Of a stretch of DNA of 64,000 nucleotides, positions 49,110 to 58,360 are shown piece by piece. The notes below the pieces were generated by a model, which did no database searches, was not told the DNA's origin, and worked only from the letters and a program-made list of their open reading frames with translations. Each line of letters starts with the position of its first letter. The stretch's first letter is position 1. The position numbers and the translations under genes were made by a program. The DNA is from Thermodesulfobacteriota bacterium (lineage in GTDB: Bacteria; Desulfobacterota_D; UBA1144; Nemesobacterales; Nemesobacteraceae), in NCBI GenBank assembly GCA_965202785.1, contig OZ241855.1:1216001-1280000 (forward strand), given 5' to 3'.

Positions 49110-50126
49110 TTAACTTGGTTTGCGCGCCTTGTGGTAGTACATGGGCGTAAATATCCCCAGACGTCCCGCGTCCACAAGGCTGTCGGCCGCGATATTGAGA
49201 ACTTTATGTACCTCGGATGACCCCTTGGGTACGGCGCGTAAGCTTTCCAGAACGCTCAGGGCCGTCGAGGTAATTTTGCGGCCAAGGGCCGTTCTCGGCA
49301 AACTCCTCAGATTCAGGCTGCTGCCTTCCAGCGGTCTATACCACGGCGTCTTGGGGTCGGCGTCCAGGGCGCGGTCATGCGCCTCGACAAGTTCGAAACC
49401 GACTGCCCGCAGACTGTCGTCTACCTCCGTGAATGAGGCGATTTCGGGAAGAGCGTTGCCATATTCGATTCCTTTCTTGAGTTCCCGATGCTCAGGGTTT
49501 GCGCCGTCGTAAAGCGGGGTCATGCACCAGTCGTAGCCGGCGAAGACCCCACCGGGGCGCAATACGCGGAATATCTCGGCATAGGCGGCGGCTTTATCGG
49601 GCGCATGAGGCATGGCCTCGATATGGTAGGCCGCGTCGAAGCTTCCGTCTTCCGCCGGTATATTCAGGAAATCGCCGTGCAGGACGCCGCAGAGATCGTC
49701 CAGGCCAGCCTTGCTGTTATACGCAGAGCACTTCCCGAGCTGATATTCGTTGATGTTTAGGCCCACGATCGAAGCGCCGAACTTTTTTGCCAGGGCCCGC
49801 TGGGGTCCGCCCACTCCGCATCCGGCATCCAGCACCTTCATGCCCGGTCTCAATCCAATGGCTTCGCCCAGAAAATTCTGATGGCCGGCAATGGATTCCT
49901 CGAAAGACTCCCCCACCTTCATCGGTGCGAAGTGAAACGACTGTCCCCATCCATACTCGTAAAAGTCGGTAATGAGGTCGTAAAACGCCGTCACCATGCG
50001 GGCGTACTCTTTCTTGCCCTGGCCCTGGCTTCTGCGGTACTTCGACAGCGTCTCCGCCGTGTCCTCCGGCCGAATTGCCTTAGAGATTGGGTTATGGAAG
50101 TCAGCCGCCACTCGCTTCTCCCTCAA
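49110..50126 (-). CDS. smt: Sterol C-24 methyltransferase (ERG6/SMT family)
   Basis: Region I FYEYGWGQSFHF, SAM motif LDAGCGVGGP, region III IEAMPHAP, region IV GYDWCMT, IEYGNALP, C-terminal GIFTPMY...RKP. Start may be GTG at 50111. Confidence 0.9.
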   Translation of the reverse strand: MREKRVAADFHNPISKAIRPEDTAETLSKYRRSQGQGKKEYARMVTAFYDLITDFYEYGWGQSFHFAPMKVGESFEESIAGHQNFLGEAIGLRPGMKVLDAGCGVGGPQRALAKKFGASIVGLNINEYQLGKCSAYNSKAGLDDLCGVLHGDFLNIPAEDGSFDAAYHIEAMPHAPDKAAAYAEIFRVLRPGGVFAGYDWCMTPLYDGANPEHRELKKGIEYGNALPEIASFTEVDDSLRAVGFELVEAHDRALDADPKTPWYRPLEGSSLNLRSLPRTALGRKITSTALSVLESLRAVPKGSSEVHKVLNIAADSLVDAGRLGIFTPMYYHKARKPS

Positions 50127-51198
50127 CCGGATTATTGGCGCGGTCGTCCGGGTAGAATTGCTGATACCATTTACGCATCTTATTCAAGGGGCGTTGCCGG
50201 TAAATTTTCCTTTTCCAGACCTCCACATCCTGTCGCCACTGTGAGATCCAGTTACCAATCACGTAGGAAATAAATATTCGCGGCACATATCGGGGAGCGA
50301 ACCACCGGAAAGTTACCCGTTGCTTCAGCGCCTCGACAGGAGTGTGCGTCTGGAACATTATTATTTCGCCGATTCTCGGAATATGGAATTCGAACTTCAC
50401 AATACTCCCGGGACCAAAAAAGGTGATCAGTGCTCTGGCTCTGGTGCTCTCGCGAATCCGGCCTCCTATTTCAAGCATCGTCTCGTCTTGGAAATAGGCA
50501 ATATGCTCAAGTGTGTCATCAAGAAACCATGACGGCTTGTGTCGAATTCTTACCCAAGGCAATTTTATGTTGGTCCAAGGGATGACCATGGTTCCATGGA
50601 GTTGCGAGAAATGATGAAAGTCGACGCTATTCTCGGCAAATTCAATAATGTGCATCTCTATTTCGCCAGCGTCGTACTGACCGCGGTGAATCAACTGCTG
50701 ATTGTCGATCTTGGGCTGAGGCGGTATCCGATATGGCGCCTGTTCGCCCTGCCGCACCGAACGGTAAATCATGATCATGCCGTAGTAGTCGATTGCTTCC
50801 CAATGCCGGTGAACGAGAGGCCGGCCCTCGACGTGGGAGGGTGGATGGCAAACCCTGCCGCCTCCGTCCAGCTGCCAGCCGTGAAAAGGGCATTCCAATC
50901 GGTCCCCTTTGACTTTACCATAGGCCAGGTTTGCACCCAGATGCGGGCAGAATGCATCTAAAGCCGCAATCCGGCCGGATGTCTGGCTACGAAACAGAGC
51001 GATTTGCTCCCCCAAGCACTGAACATGCTTCACTTTTCCCTGCTTGATTTCTTTGGAAGATGCTACCCTGTACCAACCGTCTGGAAAAGGCGGCGGGTAG
51101 GTGGACTCTCTATAACTTGTCAGATTATTAGATATGAAAGGGCCTCCATTCCCGATGGAACCACAAGCGATTTTACCGCCGGGGCAACTTGCTAACAC
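50101..51198 (-). CDS. Rieske non-heme iron oxygenase, Neverland/DAF-36 (cholesterol 7-desaturase) or KshA-like
   Basis: PPPFPDGWY, Rieske CPH-x16-CPFH, iron motif ENSVDFHHFSQLH, QDVEVW..K, RKWYQQFY; AGGAGG RBS before GTG. Confidence 0.85.
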   Translation of the reverse strand: MLASCPGGKIACGSIGNGGPFISNNLTSYRESTYPPPFPDGWYRVASSKEIKQGKVKHVQCLGEQIALFRSQTSGRIAALDAFCPHLGANLAYGKVKGDRLECPFHGWQLDGGGRVCHPPSHVEGRPLVHRHWEAIDYYGMIMIYRSVRQGEQAPYRIPPQPKIDNQQLIHRGQYDAGEIEMHIIEFAENSVDFHHFSQLHGTMVIPWTNIKLPWVRIRHKPSWFLDDTLEHIAYFQDETMLEIGGRIRESTRARALITFFGPGSIVKFEFHIPRIGEIIMFQTHTPVEALKQRVTFRWFAPRYVPRIFISYVIGNWISQWRQDVEVWKRKIYRQRPLNKMRKWYQQFYPDDRANNPVEGEASGG

Positions 51199-51275
51199 TG
51201 TCCCCCTCCTCCCATTTTTTGCCTATGGGAGAACTTTAGGTTTCATGGTTTCGCACCTCTGTTTTTCAAAATTCT

Positions 51276-51296
51276 ACATATAGTAACATATAGTAA
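51276..51296. repeat. Tandem 10-bp direct repeat (ACATATAGTA x2) upstream of the sterol operon
   Basis: ACATATAGTA-ACATATAGTA-A read directly from the sequence. Confidence 0.6.
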
Positions 51297-51565
51297 GTAC
51301 TGAGTCATTTAAAACAGTCGCTATGAATAAAATTTTCAGGGATGATTAAGTTGTTTCATTGTGTTATCTCTCATGATAAATGACCTCCCTGATCAAAAAT
51401 TCTCCTTTTTTTCAGGATAGCCAGCCCCTTGCAAACGAGAAGATCAAATCATGATGATTGTGGACGGTTTAAAGTTTAAGTGGTGAGAGGAAATTGCCGG
51501 GAGAGTCACGGCAACTGATAATTTCCACTACTTGATAAAGTCTTTCTGGGAATGCTCTTTAGTGA

Positions 51566-52381
51566 CTACTTTGTTCTATACATCAAGAGCCCAGGCTTGT
51601 TTCTCATGTAGGTGGCAAGCTCCTCGTCCAGTACCTTTCCGTGTACTGTGGAAGCGTGACGCAGGTAAACCACGCCGTCCTTTCTAACGGCGATTCCCGT
51701 GTGAGAGACGTCAAGACCGTCTTTACCGGAGTAGATTCCGAGGTAGTCCCCCGTTTTTATCTCCCGCAGCACCTGCGGGTTTAATTTTTCAGAAGGAACA
51801 TAGCTTAAGTCCCTTTTTACTGTCGCAAGCCCTGGAAGCCAGGGAGAGCCGTCTGTTTTTCTGTTCAGTTCCTTGGTCACGGTTACCGTTGCGTCGCCCC
51901 CGACTTCCCGGGTTACATCACGAGCGTTCTTATCGTCTCCGGTCACCCAGTCGGAGAAAAAATGTTTCCTGTTCTCCCATCGCACCGTACCGTCTTTGTA
52001 TCTTGTTTTCGCAAGCTTTTCCTTGAATTCTCCGAAATTTTCCGAAAGCCTGAGCGACTCCACGTAGTCGATATAGGTAAAGCAGTCAACCCCCGAGAAA
52101 TCCACCGTAAGCTGCTCCGCCTCGCCGCTTGCCCCCCCAAGGGTGTTTCCGGCATAGGGAGTTTTGAGAAATTTTTCCGAGAGAAATTCTATTTTGGCTT
52201 CGGGACCGTCTTTTAAAGCTGCCTGTTCCATAAGGGTTTCTATCTCCTGCTGCGTCCAGTCTCCAAGGATCACCTTTTCTGAGTGTGCGGTCGAGAAGTC
52301 TTTTCCGAAGACCGTGAACAGGAACTTGGCCGCGATAACTATGACGACCAGAAGAAAGAGATTTTTGATTATTCTTCTCAT
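51566..52381 (-). CDS. DUF1460 NlpC/P60-like amidase
   Basis: N-terminal membrane anchor, TPY..NTL, DCFTY, R.HFFSDW, GLDVSHTG, HAS. Confidence 0.85.
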   Translation of the reverse strand: MRRIIKNLFLLVVIVIAAKFLFTVFGKDFSTAHSEKVILGDWTQQEIETLMEQAALKDGPEAKIEFLSEKFLKTPYAGNTLGGASGEAEQLTVDFSGVDCFTYIDYVESLRLSENFGEFKEKLAKTRYKDGTVRWENRKHFFSDWVTGDDKNARDVTREVGGDATVTVTKELNRKTDGSPWLPGLATVKRDLSYVPSEKLNPQVLREIKTGDYLGIYSGKDGLDVSHTGIAVRKDGVVYLRHASTVHGKVLDEELATYMRNKPGLLMYRTK

Positions 52382-52385
52382 AGTT

Positions 52386-53252
52386 CTACCCCGGCGACCC
52401 GATATTTATTCCGGCAAGGAGGAAAAGATCATCTCCGAGCAGGTAAAGAATGGCCGAAAGCGAAAGAAAGGGACCGTAGGCTATGGCATGTCCCGGATCT
52501 TTCTTGCGCAGTATTATAACCGAGAGCCCGATCAGGGTTCCGAGGATGGAACTCAGAAATATTATGACCAGCACCCCCCACATTCCGAAAAAGGCTCCCA
52601 GCATCGCTACGAGCTTTACGTCGCCCATTCCCATTCCTTCTTTTTTTCTCAAGTTCCTGTATGCCATGGCGATCAGTAAAAAAGCTCCTCCTCCGAGCAG
52701 CGTTCCCCCTATAGAGTTGAAAATGGCAATACTGGCCGTCGCGGGCAGAAAGTCCGCAAGGCCGGAGGAGAAAACCACCTCGGCCGCGCCTCCCCAGTCT
52801 GTTCTGATCACGTTTAGCACAACTCCGGCCGCTATTCCTGGAAGCGTTATCATGTCGGGGATTATCAGGTGTCTTATGTCTATCAGTGTTATAGCCACAA
52901 GTCCCGTGCAGAGCGCCAGGTAGAAAAGCAGTTCGAGCGACACTCCGAACTCCCTGTAGAGGAAAACCGCCAGCACCGCGCAGAGAAGTTCCACAAGCGG
53001 GTACTCGGCTGATATCCGCTCTTCGCAGTAGGCGCACCTTCCTCCGAGCAATAGCCAGCTTAGAATCGGAATGTTGTGAAGGGCCTTTATGGGGGTTTCG
53101 CAGCTCGTGCAGCGGGAGCGGGGAGAGACTATGGATACCCCGGCTGGAATCCTCCTTGTGCAGACATTCGCAAAGCTTCCGAGTGCTGCTCCCAGAATGA
53201 ACAACCATATTTCGGGAACGATGCTATCAAGAAAGAGAAAAGAACTTTCCAA
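52386..53252 (-). CDS. pilD: Prepilin peptidase/N-methyltransferase
   Basis: GSFANV...R.P, RS.C..C, NIP..SW.LL.G.C..C, IDI....IPD, GMG.GDVKL, GPFL. Confidence 0.93.
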   Translation of the reverse strand: MESSFLFLDSIVPEIWLFILGAALGSFANVCTRRIPAGVSIVSPRSRCTSCETPIKALHNIPILSWLLLGGRCAYCEERISAEYPLVELLCAVLAVFLYREFGVSLELLFYLALCTGLVAITLIDIRHLIIPDMITLPGIAAGVVLNVIRTDWGGAAEVVFSSGLADFLPATASIAIFNSIGGTLLGGGAFLLIAMAYRNLRKKEGMGMGDVKLVAMLGAFFGMWGVLVIIFLSSILGTLIGLSVIILRKKDPGHAIAYGPFLSLSAILYLLGDDLFLLAGINIGSPG

Positions 53253-53281
53253 GTCGACTCCTGTCTAAGTTGCGGCTTTCG

Positions 53282-55381
53282 TTAAACGTTTCTTTTCTGC
53301 AGTTCTGAAAGCGCCAGGTCAAAATGTCTTCTGCAGAGCTTGATGACTTTCCTGTTTTTCCCCAGATGTTCTCTTATGGCGTGCAAAGATGCCCTGTTGC
53401 ATACGAGCCTTATGTCTGCTCCAGTTCTGCCCTCAAGCTGTTCTGCAAGCGCGGTGAGTTTCACGTCTGTCCCGAGAGGTTTTTTCCGTGTGTGGATTTT
53501 CAGGATTTCGAGAATCTCCCGTTTTGCCGGAGTCGGGATCTCGACTATCAGATCGAATCTTCCCGGTCTCAGGAGCGCCGGTTCTATCATATCAATCCTG
53601 TTTGTTGCGGCAAGCACCAGCACGTCCGGAAGTTCCTCGACCCCGTCAATCTCGGCGAGCAGCTGGCTTACCACTCTTTCGCTCACGCGGGTCGAGTTGG
53701 ATTCGGAGCGTCTCGGGCAAAGGGCGTCAAGCTCGTCGAAAAACACTATGCAGGGAGAAACCTGCTTCGCCTTTTTGAAAACTTCCCTTACGGCACGCTC
53801 CGACTCGCCGACATACTTGGAGAGAAGCTCCGCTCCTTTTATGGAAATGAAGTTGACTTCCGTTCTGTTGGCAAGAGCTTTTGCGAGAAGGGTCTTTCCC
53901 GTTCCTGGAGGGCCGTGAAGAAGTATTCCCTTGGGTGACTTTACGTCCAAGGCCTCGTAGAAGTTCCTGTGCTTCATAGGCCATATGACGGATTCAATAA
54001 GGTCGTCCTTTACGTTCTCAAGACCTCCGACATCATCCCAAGAGGTTTTCGGTATCTCAGCCACTATCTCCCTTATTGCGGAGGGATGGATATTTCGAAG
54101 TGCCTCAAGGAAGTCTTCCATGCCGACTTCGACAAGAAAGCTGTGTGCGACGTTGGAGACGAAGTCCTGTTCCATGTCCGGCAGGATGTTGGTAAGAGAA
54201 TTTATGGCCGCCTCCCTGCAGAGATTCTCTATATCGGCTCCCACATAGCCGCTTGAGAGCTCGGAAAGCCTCTGAAGATCAACGTCGTTTGAAAGCGGCA
54301 TGCTTCTTGAATGAACCTGGAATATTTCTAGACGGGCCTGGGTATCGGGAACCGGAAGGTGGATTTCCCTGTCAAACCTGCCCGGGCGGCGCAGAGCGGG
54401 GTCGATCATGTCCGGAAGGTTGGTCGCTCCGATAACCGTAACGTTTCCTCTGTGCGTGAGTCCGTCCATGAGGGATAGAAGCTGGGCCACCACCCTTTTT
54501 TCAACGTCCCCCGTAACCTTGTCTCGGCGGGGAGCTATCGCGTCGAGTTCATCCAGGAATATTATGGACGGCTGGTTCTTGGTAGCGTTCTCAAATATCT
54601 GGCGCAGCTTGGCTTCGCTCTCTCCGTAGAACCTGTGAATTACCTCGGGGCCGTTTATTACCTGGAAATTTGAATCCGTCTCAAACGCTATGGCTTTTGC
54701 GAGCAGGGTTTTTCCGCTTCCCGGGGGGCCCGTGAGAAGGATTCCCCTGGGCGGCTGAACCCCGAGCTTTTCAAAGAGCGAGGGAAAGCGTATCGGAAGC
54801 TCGAGAATCTCTTTTATTCTTTTTACCTGGGTTGAAAGTCCCCCTATGTCCGTATACGAAACCCTTTCCGCATCCACCTTTGTTTTTGGCCTCTGTATCA
54901 CGTCCATGCGGGTTTTCTGGCTTATGACAACCGAGTGCTCAGGCATCGTGGTAAGCACGTCGAAATCTTCGGTCTTGGCGGCGGACACTCTCACAGATAC
55001 CCTGTCTCCGACCGTTACGGCGAGTCCTTCAAGCCTGTTGCAGAGGTGCTTGCTCTTGGCCGGGTCGTAGAGAAACGCCTTGTTTCTCGGACACAGGGTT
55101 ATCCTGCTCGCTTTCTCAAGGTCGGCTTTCGTCACTATTACTATGTCGTCAAGCTCAACTCCCGCATTCTCTCTCGTTACAGTGTCTATTTCTATTACGG
55201 CCCCCATTTCCCGTTCTTCGGCGTCAAGCGGCAGAGCTCTCACGACGGTTTTCCTCCTTCCGTCTATCTGTACCAGATCCCAGGAGGTAAGGCCCAGCTC
55301 CCGCATGTCCATGGGGCTTATCCTGGCGTAACCCTTTCCCGAGTCTCTTGAGTGGATTTCCGAAATTTTAAGCGATATCAT
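53282..55381 (-). CDS. CDC48/VCP/VAT-family double-ring AAA+ ATPase
   Basis: N domain (RD.GKG.ARI...GDRV), D1 [25 protein letters not shown]2 [21 protein letters not shown], linker PSAIRE...P...W.DVGGL. Confidence 0.92.
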   Translation of the reverse strand: MISLKISEIHSRDSGKGYARISPMDMRELGLTSWDLVQIDGRRKTVVRALPLDAEEREMGAVIEIDTVTRENAGVELDDIVIVTKADLEKASRITLCPRNKAFLYDPAKSKHLCNRLEGLAVTVGDRVSVRVSAAKTEDFDVLTTMPEHSVVISQKTRMDVIQRPKTKVDAERVSYTDIGGLSTQVKRIKEILELPIRFPSLFEKLGVQPPRGILLTGPPGSGKTLLAKAIAFETDSNFQVINGPEVIHRFYGESEAKLRQIFENATKNQPSIIFLDELDAIAPRRDKVTGDVEKRVVAQLLSLMDGLTHRGNVTVIGATNLPDMIDPALRRPGRFDREIHLPVPDTQARLEIFQVHSRSMPLSNDVDLQRLSELSSGYVGADIENLCREAAINSLTNILPDMEQDFVSNVAHSFLVEVGMEDFLEALRNIHPSAIREIVAEIPKTSWDDVGGLENVKDDLIESVIWPMKHRNFYEALDVKSPKGILLHGPPGTGKTLLAKALANRTEVNFISIKGAELLSKYVGESERAVREVFKKAKQVSPCIVFFDELDALCPRRSESNSTRVSERVVSQLLAEIDGVEELPDVLVLAATNRIDMIEPALLRPGRFDLIVEIPTPAKREILEILKIHTRKKPLGTDVKLTALAEQLEGRTGADIRLVCNRASLHAIREHLGKNRKVIKLCRRHFDLALSELQKRNV

Positions 55382-55492
55382 TAGCCCTCACCTTTCAAAA
55401 AAGATATTAACGCTTAAAATTTTATGGTCAAGAAAGCACCCGAGGGAAGGGAGGAAGCGGCTTTTCCCCGGGAAAAACGGTCGGCGAATCAA

Positions 55493-56584
55493 GTGCAGCT
55501 AAAACATCTGAGCCTTAGGAACTACAGAAATTACGAAAATCTCTCTCTCCCGTTCTACACGGGACTGAACGTCATCCACGGACGAAACGCCCAAGGGAAA
55601 ACCAACCTTCTCGAGGCAATCTATCTTGTCTGCGGGATGCGGCCTTTTTCGGGCGCGAAAAACTCTGAACTCGTGCGCTTCGGCTGCGAAGCCTCGCTCG
55701 TTAAGGGAGAGATTCTTTCCGCAAACGGTTTAAATGAAGTGCATATAACCATAAAGAAAGAGGGCCGCCACACTCGGCTTAACTCAAAGACCGTGCGGAG
55801 CATAAGCCAGCATTTCGGCCGCTTCAAGGTCGTTTTGTTCCTTCCCTCGGACATAGAGATAGTTAAGGGAGGTCTTCAGGCGAGGAGGAATTACCTCGAT
55901 TCCGTCGTAAGCGCCATACACCCGGCCCACATAAAGCAGCTTCGCGATTACCAGAGGGCCGTAAGCCAGAGAAACCACATGCTCGGATTAAATGAGAAAG
56001 TGTCCCCGCTTTCCGTGGAACTCTGGGATGAGCAGATAGCCAGAATCGGAGCCGACATCGTGGGCAGACGGATCGAGATGATAAAAAGCTTTAACCGCAA
56101 ACTGGCGGAGGTTTACGGGGAACACGGGGAATCGGACATGTCGGCGCGCGTGAGCTACGGGTTTTCGTTTGAACGCGGGGCGGATATCGCAGAGGCGATA
56201 AGGGAAGCCCTTTCCAAGAACTTTCCTTCTGACAGAAAAAGGGGTCACACGACTGTGGGCCCCCACAGGGACCGGGTCGGTTTTCTGCTTAACGGGCAGG
56301 ACGCTTCGCGCTTTGCCTCTCAGGGGCAATCGAAAAACCTGGTTCTGGCGCTTAAGGCCTCTGAGATAAGACTTTTTAAGGAACACACAGGGACTAACCC
56401 CATACTTCTTCTCGACGACATAACGAGCGAACTTGACATAAAGCGCAGGAGCTTTCTTTTCAGAACTCTCTCGGAATTCACCGGGCAGGTGTTTGTCACC
56501 TCGACCGATAAGAACGAGATACCCCGCCGGGGGCAATTTCACTCGTTTCTCGTTGACTCAGGCCGGGTAAAAGCCGGCGCTTAA
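55493..56584 (+). CDS. recF: DNA replication and repair protein RecF
   Basis: NYRNY, G.NAQGKTNLLEAI, RR.YLD, GPHRD, SQGQ, LLDD..SELD. GTG at 55493 is the likely start. Confidence 0.95.
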   Translation: MQLKHLSLRNYRNYENLSLPFYTGLNVIHGRNAQGKTNLLEAIYLVCGMRPFSGAKNSELVRFGCEASLVKGEILSANGLNEVHITIKKEGRHTRLNSKTVRSISQHFGRFKVVLFLPSDIEIVKGGLQARRNYLDSVVSAIHPAHIKQLRDYQRAVSQRNHMLGLNEKVSPLSVELWDEQIARIGADIVGRRIEMIKSFNRKLAEVYGEHGESDMSARVSYGFSFERGADIAEAIREALSKNFPSDRKRGHTTVGPHRDRVGFLLNGQDASRFASQGQSKNLVLALKASEIRLFKEHTGTNPILLLDDITSELDIKRRSFLFRTLSEFTGQVFVTSTDKNEIPRRGQFHSFLVDSGRVKAGA

Positions 56585-56684
56585 GAGATTCTACTCTCCG
56601 CGGTCAATGGTTTTAAACAGAGGTCAGAGAAGTTATCATAAAAGGTTAACCAAAAGGTACGTTTAGTTGAAAGGAGGCAGTGAA

Positions 56685-57146
56685 ATGTATAAAATCACTC
56701 TGGTTCTGATAGCGGGCTTAATAGCTATTATGCCGACGTTGGCGGCCGCGGACGATTGCAGTACGGTTGAAAACAACAATCTTGCGATTCACGCGGTGCC
56801 GGAACTCATTCACCAAAAGGTCACGTTTGACGTAACGGCGTCGTATACCCCGTTTGATGAAAAGTACTCGGAGCTTGATAATATCAGCGTGTTTACTGGG
56901 GGAGCGGGCTTCAAGGTAGCGGGGGTGAAACTGGGTATGGGTATCAGCCACTATACAAACGGGACGTCTTACCCGGTAAAGGACGGAGATCCGTGTGTAG
57001 GTAATACAGCGTTGGCCGTGGCGGGTTTTGTTAATCTGGGCGAGAGCGCAAGGCTAAAACTGGGGATTGCCAGAAGTAGCGACCTAATAGACTCACCATC
57101 AATCGACAACACTACTTTTCACGCAGGGTTACGTTTCGGATTCTAA
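56685..57146 (+). CDS. Small secreted or outer-membrane beta-strand protein of unknown function
   Basis: AGGAGG RBS, signal peptide ending LAAA, alternating beta pattern, C-terminal FHAGLRFGF. Confidence 0.65.
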   Translation: MYKITLVLIAGLIAIMPTLAAADDCSTVENNNLAIHAVPELIHQKVTFDVTASYTPFDEKYSELDNISVFTGGAGFKVAGVKLGMGISHYTNGTSYPVKDGDPCVGNTALAVAGFVNLGESARLKLGIARSSDLIDSPSIDNTTFHAGLRFGF

Positions 57147-57184
57147 AAAAAGAGCAACAGTAATTTTCAGGAGGACAAAACCAA

Positions 57185-58081
57185 ATGGACTTAAAGATCA
57201 TTGACCTTAATTTCTTTATGACTGAAACGATAGCCTCTTACGTTATCGAAACCGGCGAGGGGCCGATACTTATAGAGACGGGTCCCGAGACCGTGTTCGA
57301 GAATCTCAAAAGCGGGCTTTCGGATCTGGGATACTCCCCCTCGGACGTAAAACATGTGTTCGTAACCCATATCCACCTCGATCATTCCGGGGGCGCTTGG
57401 CGTCTCGCCGAGACGGGTTCGACGATATACGTTCACCCGGTGGGAGCTCCACACCTCATAGAGCCGGAGAAGCTCATGAAATCCGCGACGAGGATATACG
57501 GGGAGGACAACATGAAACGCCTCTGGGGCGAGGTTGGGGGAATGGACAAAGACCGCGTGGTTGCCATTGAGGACGGCCAGAGCATCAACATCGGGGGCGT
57601 TGAAATAAGGGTCGTAGAGACCGCCGGACATGCCGGGCATCATCACTGCTACCTGATTGAGAATGCACTTTTTACCGGGGATACGGCGGGATGCCTGATG
57701 GCGGGCGGTCCCATGATTCCCGCGACTCCTCCTCCCGAGATACACCTTGAGAAGTGGCACGCTTCCATTGACAAGATGAGGGAGATATCCCCCGACATAA
57801 TTTATCTAACCCATTTCGGCGGGTACACGGATGTGGGTCCCATGCTTGACGCCGCAGCCGAGAAGATCGAAGAGTGGTCTGAGTGGATCGGCGAGAGAGT
57901 ATCGGCCGGAAAGAGCGACGAGGAAGTAACCGAGGAGTTCGGCGCCTACTTCAAAGAGATATTCGAGCGTGAGGGCGTAAACGAAGAGGTCTATAAAAAG
58001 TATGATCTTATGGCTCCTTACCACATGAACGCCGGCGGCCTTGTAAGATACTGGAAGAAATACAGGCTTCCGGCTTCTTGA
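57185..58081 (+). CDS. Metallo-beta-lactamase-fold hydrolase
   Basis: THIHLDHSGG, GHA.HH, FTGD, THFG. Confidence 0.92.
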   Translation: MDLKIIDLNFFMTETIASYVIETGEGPILIETGPETVFENLKSGLSDLGYSPSDVKHVFVTHIHLDHSGGAWRLAETGSTIYVHPVGAPHLIEPEKLMKSATRIYGEDNMKRLWGEVGGMDKDRVVAIEDGQSINIGGVEIRVVETAGHAGHHHCYLIENALFTGDTAGCLMAGGPMIPATPPPEIHLEKWHASIDKMREISPDIIYLTHFGGYTDVGPMLDAAAEKIEEWSEWIGERVSAGKSDEEVTEEFGAYFKEIFEREGVNEEVYKKYDLMAPYHMNAGGLVRYWKKYRLPAS

Positions 58082-58147
58082 GCTTTTTATCAGAATTGCG
58101 GTTTTGTTTTCTTCGGGTCCTGTCGTTATAATTACTCGTTTTTAAAT

Positions 58148-58223
58148 CGGGGTGTGGCGCAGCTGGGAGCGCGCAGCATTTGGGATGCTGAGGTCGGAGG
58201 TTCGAGCCCTCTCACCCCGACCA
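58148..58223 (+). tRNA. tRNA-Pro(TGG)
   Basis: Acceptor stem CGGGGTG/CACCCCG, anticodon arm CAGCA-TT TGG GA-TGCTG, ends in ACCA. Confidence 0.95.
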
Positions 58224-58258
58224 TTTTTCTGCGATTCGACGCATGTTCGGATTTTTTC

Positions 58259-58333
<75 letters not shown>

Positions 58334-58360
58334 CATTTCGGTGCTGCGAAAATTTCTTTT

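Noticed and set aside
52429-53208. 259-aa alternative-frame ORF inside pilD
   Set aside because: Arg/Ser-rich off-frame translation; the pilD frame carries all the family motifs.
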